Source of the DNA: the human T2T-CHM13v2.0 reference genome, Homo sapiens
Length of the DNA stretch: 64,000 nt
NCBI GenBank assembly: GCA_009914755.4
Contig: CP086569.2
Span: 35,712,001-35,776,000, forward strand
Reading direction: 5' to 3'
Below are positions 61,799-64,000 of this stretch, piece by piece. The first letter of the stretch is position 1; each line of letters starts with the position of its first letter. The position numbers and the translations under genes were made by a program. The notes under the pieces are model-generated. The model was not told where the DNA came from, did not search any database, and worked only from the letters and a program-made list of their open reading frames with translations.

Positions 61799-64000
61799 GG
61801 ACTCGTTTGGAATGGTCTAGTATGCAATGCAATCGACTGGCAGGGAATCAAAAGGAATGTAATCGAATGGATTGGACTGGAATGCAATGGACTCGAATAG
61901 ATTGGAAACGGAATGCAAAGGAATGGAATGGAATAGTATGGAATGGAATGGAAAGGAATGGAGTGGAATAGACTAGAGTGGAATGGAATGGACTCGAAAG
62001 CAATGGACTGGAATGGAACTTTCTTGAATGGACTGGAATCAAACGGAATGGAATGTAATGCAATCAAATGGCATGGAATAAAATAGAATGAAAGAGAATC
62101 AAATGGAATTGAATCGAATGGAATCGAATGGATTGGAAAGGAATAGAATGGAATGGAATGGAATTGACTCAAATGGAATGGACTAGAATGGAATGGATTC
62201 GAATGGAAGGCAAAGGAATGGAATCTATTGGAATGGACTGTAATGGAATGGAATGGAAGGGATTGGAATGGACTCGAATGGAATGGACTGCAATAGAAAG
62301 GATTCGAATGGAATGAAAAAGAATTGAATGGAATAGAACAGAATGGAATCAAATCGAATGAAATGGAATGGAATAGAAAGGAATGGAATGAAATGGAATG
62401 GAAAGGATTCGAATGGAATGCAATCGAATGGACTGGAATCGAACGGAATGGAATAAAATGGAAGAAAACTGGCAAGAAATGGAATCGAAATGAATGGAGT
62501 GTTATGGAACGGACTCAAAAGGAATTGAATGTAATAGAATGGAGTGGAGTGGACTCCAATATAATAGACTGGAATGAAATGAAATCACATGGAATGGGAA
62601 CGAATGGAATGGAATGGAAAGGAATGGAATCGAATGGAAAGGAATCGAATGGAAGGGAATGAAATTGAATCAACAGGAATGGAAAGGAGTAGAATAGACG
62701 GTAATGGAATGGGCTCGAATAGAATGGACACGAATGCTCAAATTAAATGGACTCGAATGGAATGGAAACGAAAGGAATGTCATCGAATGGAATTGAATCG
62801 ATTGGAATGAAATCACATAGAATGGAGTGGAATCAAATGGAATTGAATCGAAAGGAAAGGAAGCGAATGGACTGAAATGAAATGGAATGGAATTGAATGG
62901 AAATTAATGCAATGGAATAGAATGGAAAGAAATTTCACGGAATGGAATCAAACTGAATGGAATCAAATCAATGGAATATAATCAAATGGAATGGAAAGGA
63001 ATTGAATGGAGTAGATTGGATTGGATGGGATTGGAATGAAATGTACTGGAAAGGACTCGAATTTCATGAAACGGAATGGAATGAATTAGAACGGAATGGA
63101 CTCGAATGGAATGGAATATCACGGAATGGCATCAAATGGAATGGCATCAATTGGAATGGAATCGAATGCAATGGAATGCTATGGAATGGAATGGAATGCA
63201 TTGGAATGGAATGTCCTCTAATGGAATGGATTCGAGTGGAATGGAATCGAATATAATGGAGTCTAATGAAATGGAATTGAAAGGAATGGGATCCAATACA
63301 ATGGAATATACTGGAATGTAATGTAATGAACTCGAATGTAATTGACTGGAATGGAATGTACATGAATGGAATGTAATCGAATGGAAAGTAATCCAATGGA
63401 ATAGAATCTAATGCAATAAAATCGACTCAAGTAGAGTAGAATATAATGGAATGGAGTGCAGTGCAATGGAATGGAATGGAATGGAATGCAATGGAATGGA
63501 ATGGAATGGAATGGAATGGATTGTGATGGAATGGTATGGAATGGATAGTAATGGACTGGAGTGAAATGGACTGGAAAGGAATGGACTCAAATTGAAAGGG
63601 CTCGAAAGGAATGGAGTCAAATGGAATGGTCTGGAATGGAATGAACACGAATGTAATGCAATCCAATAGAATGGAATCGAATGGCATGGAATATAAAGAA
63701 ATGGAATCGAAGAGAATGGAAACAAATGGAATGGAATTGAATGGAATGGAATTGAATGGAATGGGAACGAATGGAGTGAAATTGTATGCAGTAGAAGAGA
63801 ATAGAATGGAATGCAAGCGAAAGGAAAGGAATGGATTGGAATGGAATGGAATTCATTGGAATGGAAGGGAATGTAGTGTAATGGACAGGCCTGGAATAAA
63901 GTGGAATGCTACGGTCTCGAATGGAATAAAAATGTATGGAATGGAATGCAATGAAACGGAATCGAATGTCATAGAATGTAATGGAATGCAAAAAAATGGA
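61799..64000. repeat. DYZ1 unit 14, partial (variant E), runs off the window end
   Basis: See unit 10. Confidence 0.85.

Larger units (their letters stand above)
16628..64000. repeat. DYZ1 / HSat3 satellite block (GGAAT-pentamer-derived, 3.50-3.57-kb higher-order unit), 13 complete plus 1 partial copies, GGAAT-rich strand = + strand
   Basis: There is near-continuous ggaat/gaatg pentamer-derived sequence. The anchor word ggactc(c/g)tttggaatggt recurs at 16628, 19407, 22951, 26500, 30044, 33573, 37142, 40711, 44224, 47736, 51275, 54789, 58288 and 61799. The ORF-track entries recur with the same period. A ~3.56-kb GGAAT-based unit matches the established description of Y-specific DYZ1. Confidence 0.88.

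Noticed and set aside
16628-64000. Hundreds of ORFs of 60-275 aa on both strands that could be read as a family of repeat proteins or a novel gene cluster
   Set aside because: They are translations of the GGAAT pentamer satellite (MEWNG... and IPFHS... periodicity). They overlap in multiple frames and recur exactly at the satellite unit period. They have no features of real genes.
19407-64000. The near-perfect 7.09-kb and 14.06-kb duplications as possible assembly artefacts
   Set aside because: This cannot be fully excluded from sequence alone. However, the copies carry small private differences (a 20-bp indel, single substitutions), which is what real recent segmental amplification looks like and not what duplicated contigs look like.

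Overview
The window is entirely tandem satellite DNA. It matches the human Y-chromosome long-arm (Yq12) heterochromatin pattern: a block of the AT-rich ~2.4-kb DYZ2 satellite (HSat1B) joined to a block of the ~3.5-kb DYZ1 satellite (HSat3), with the junction inside the window.

Positions 1 to about 16,627 are the DYZ2 block. It holds eight copies of a ~2,419-bp unit. Each full unit has about 1.55 kb of extremely AT-rich sequence, an antisense Alu of roughly 300 bp, and about 0.58 kb of non-AT sequence. One copy carries a ~1.14-kb internal deletion that removes the Alu, and the last copy is cut off by the junction.

From about 16,628 to the end is the DYZ1 block. It has GGAAT pentamers on the + strand, organised into 3.50-3.57-kb higher-order units. 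There are 14 copies: the first is shortened to 2,779 bp and the last is partial. These units are further organised into 7.09-kb dimeric and 14.06-kb four-unit super-repeats.

I find no credible protein-coding gene, RNA gene, CRISPR array or prokaryotic-type system. Every ORF in the supplied track is a periodic artefact of the satellite. The window does not contain a novel biological system. What it does contain is repeat-array architecture worth a second look: the block junction, unit deletions, a divergence gradient toward the block edge, and nested higher-order periodicities.

All coordinates come from manual anchor-word matching and are accurate to a few bp at best. Identity statements are qualitative, because I could not run alignments.
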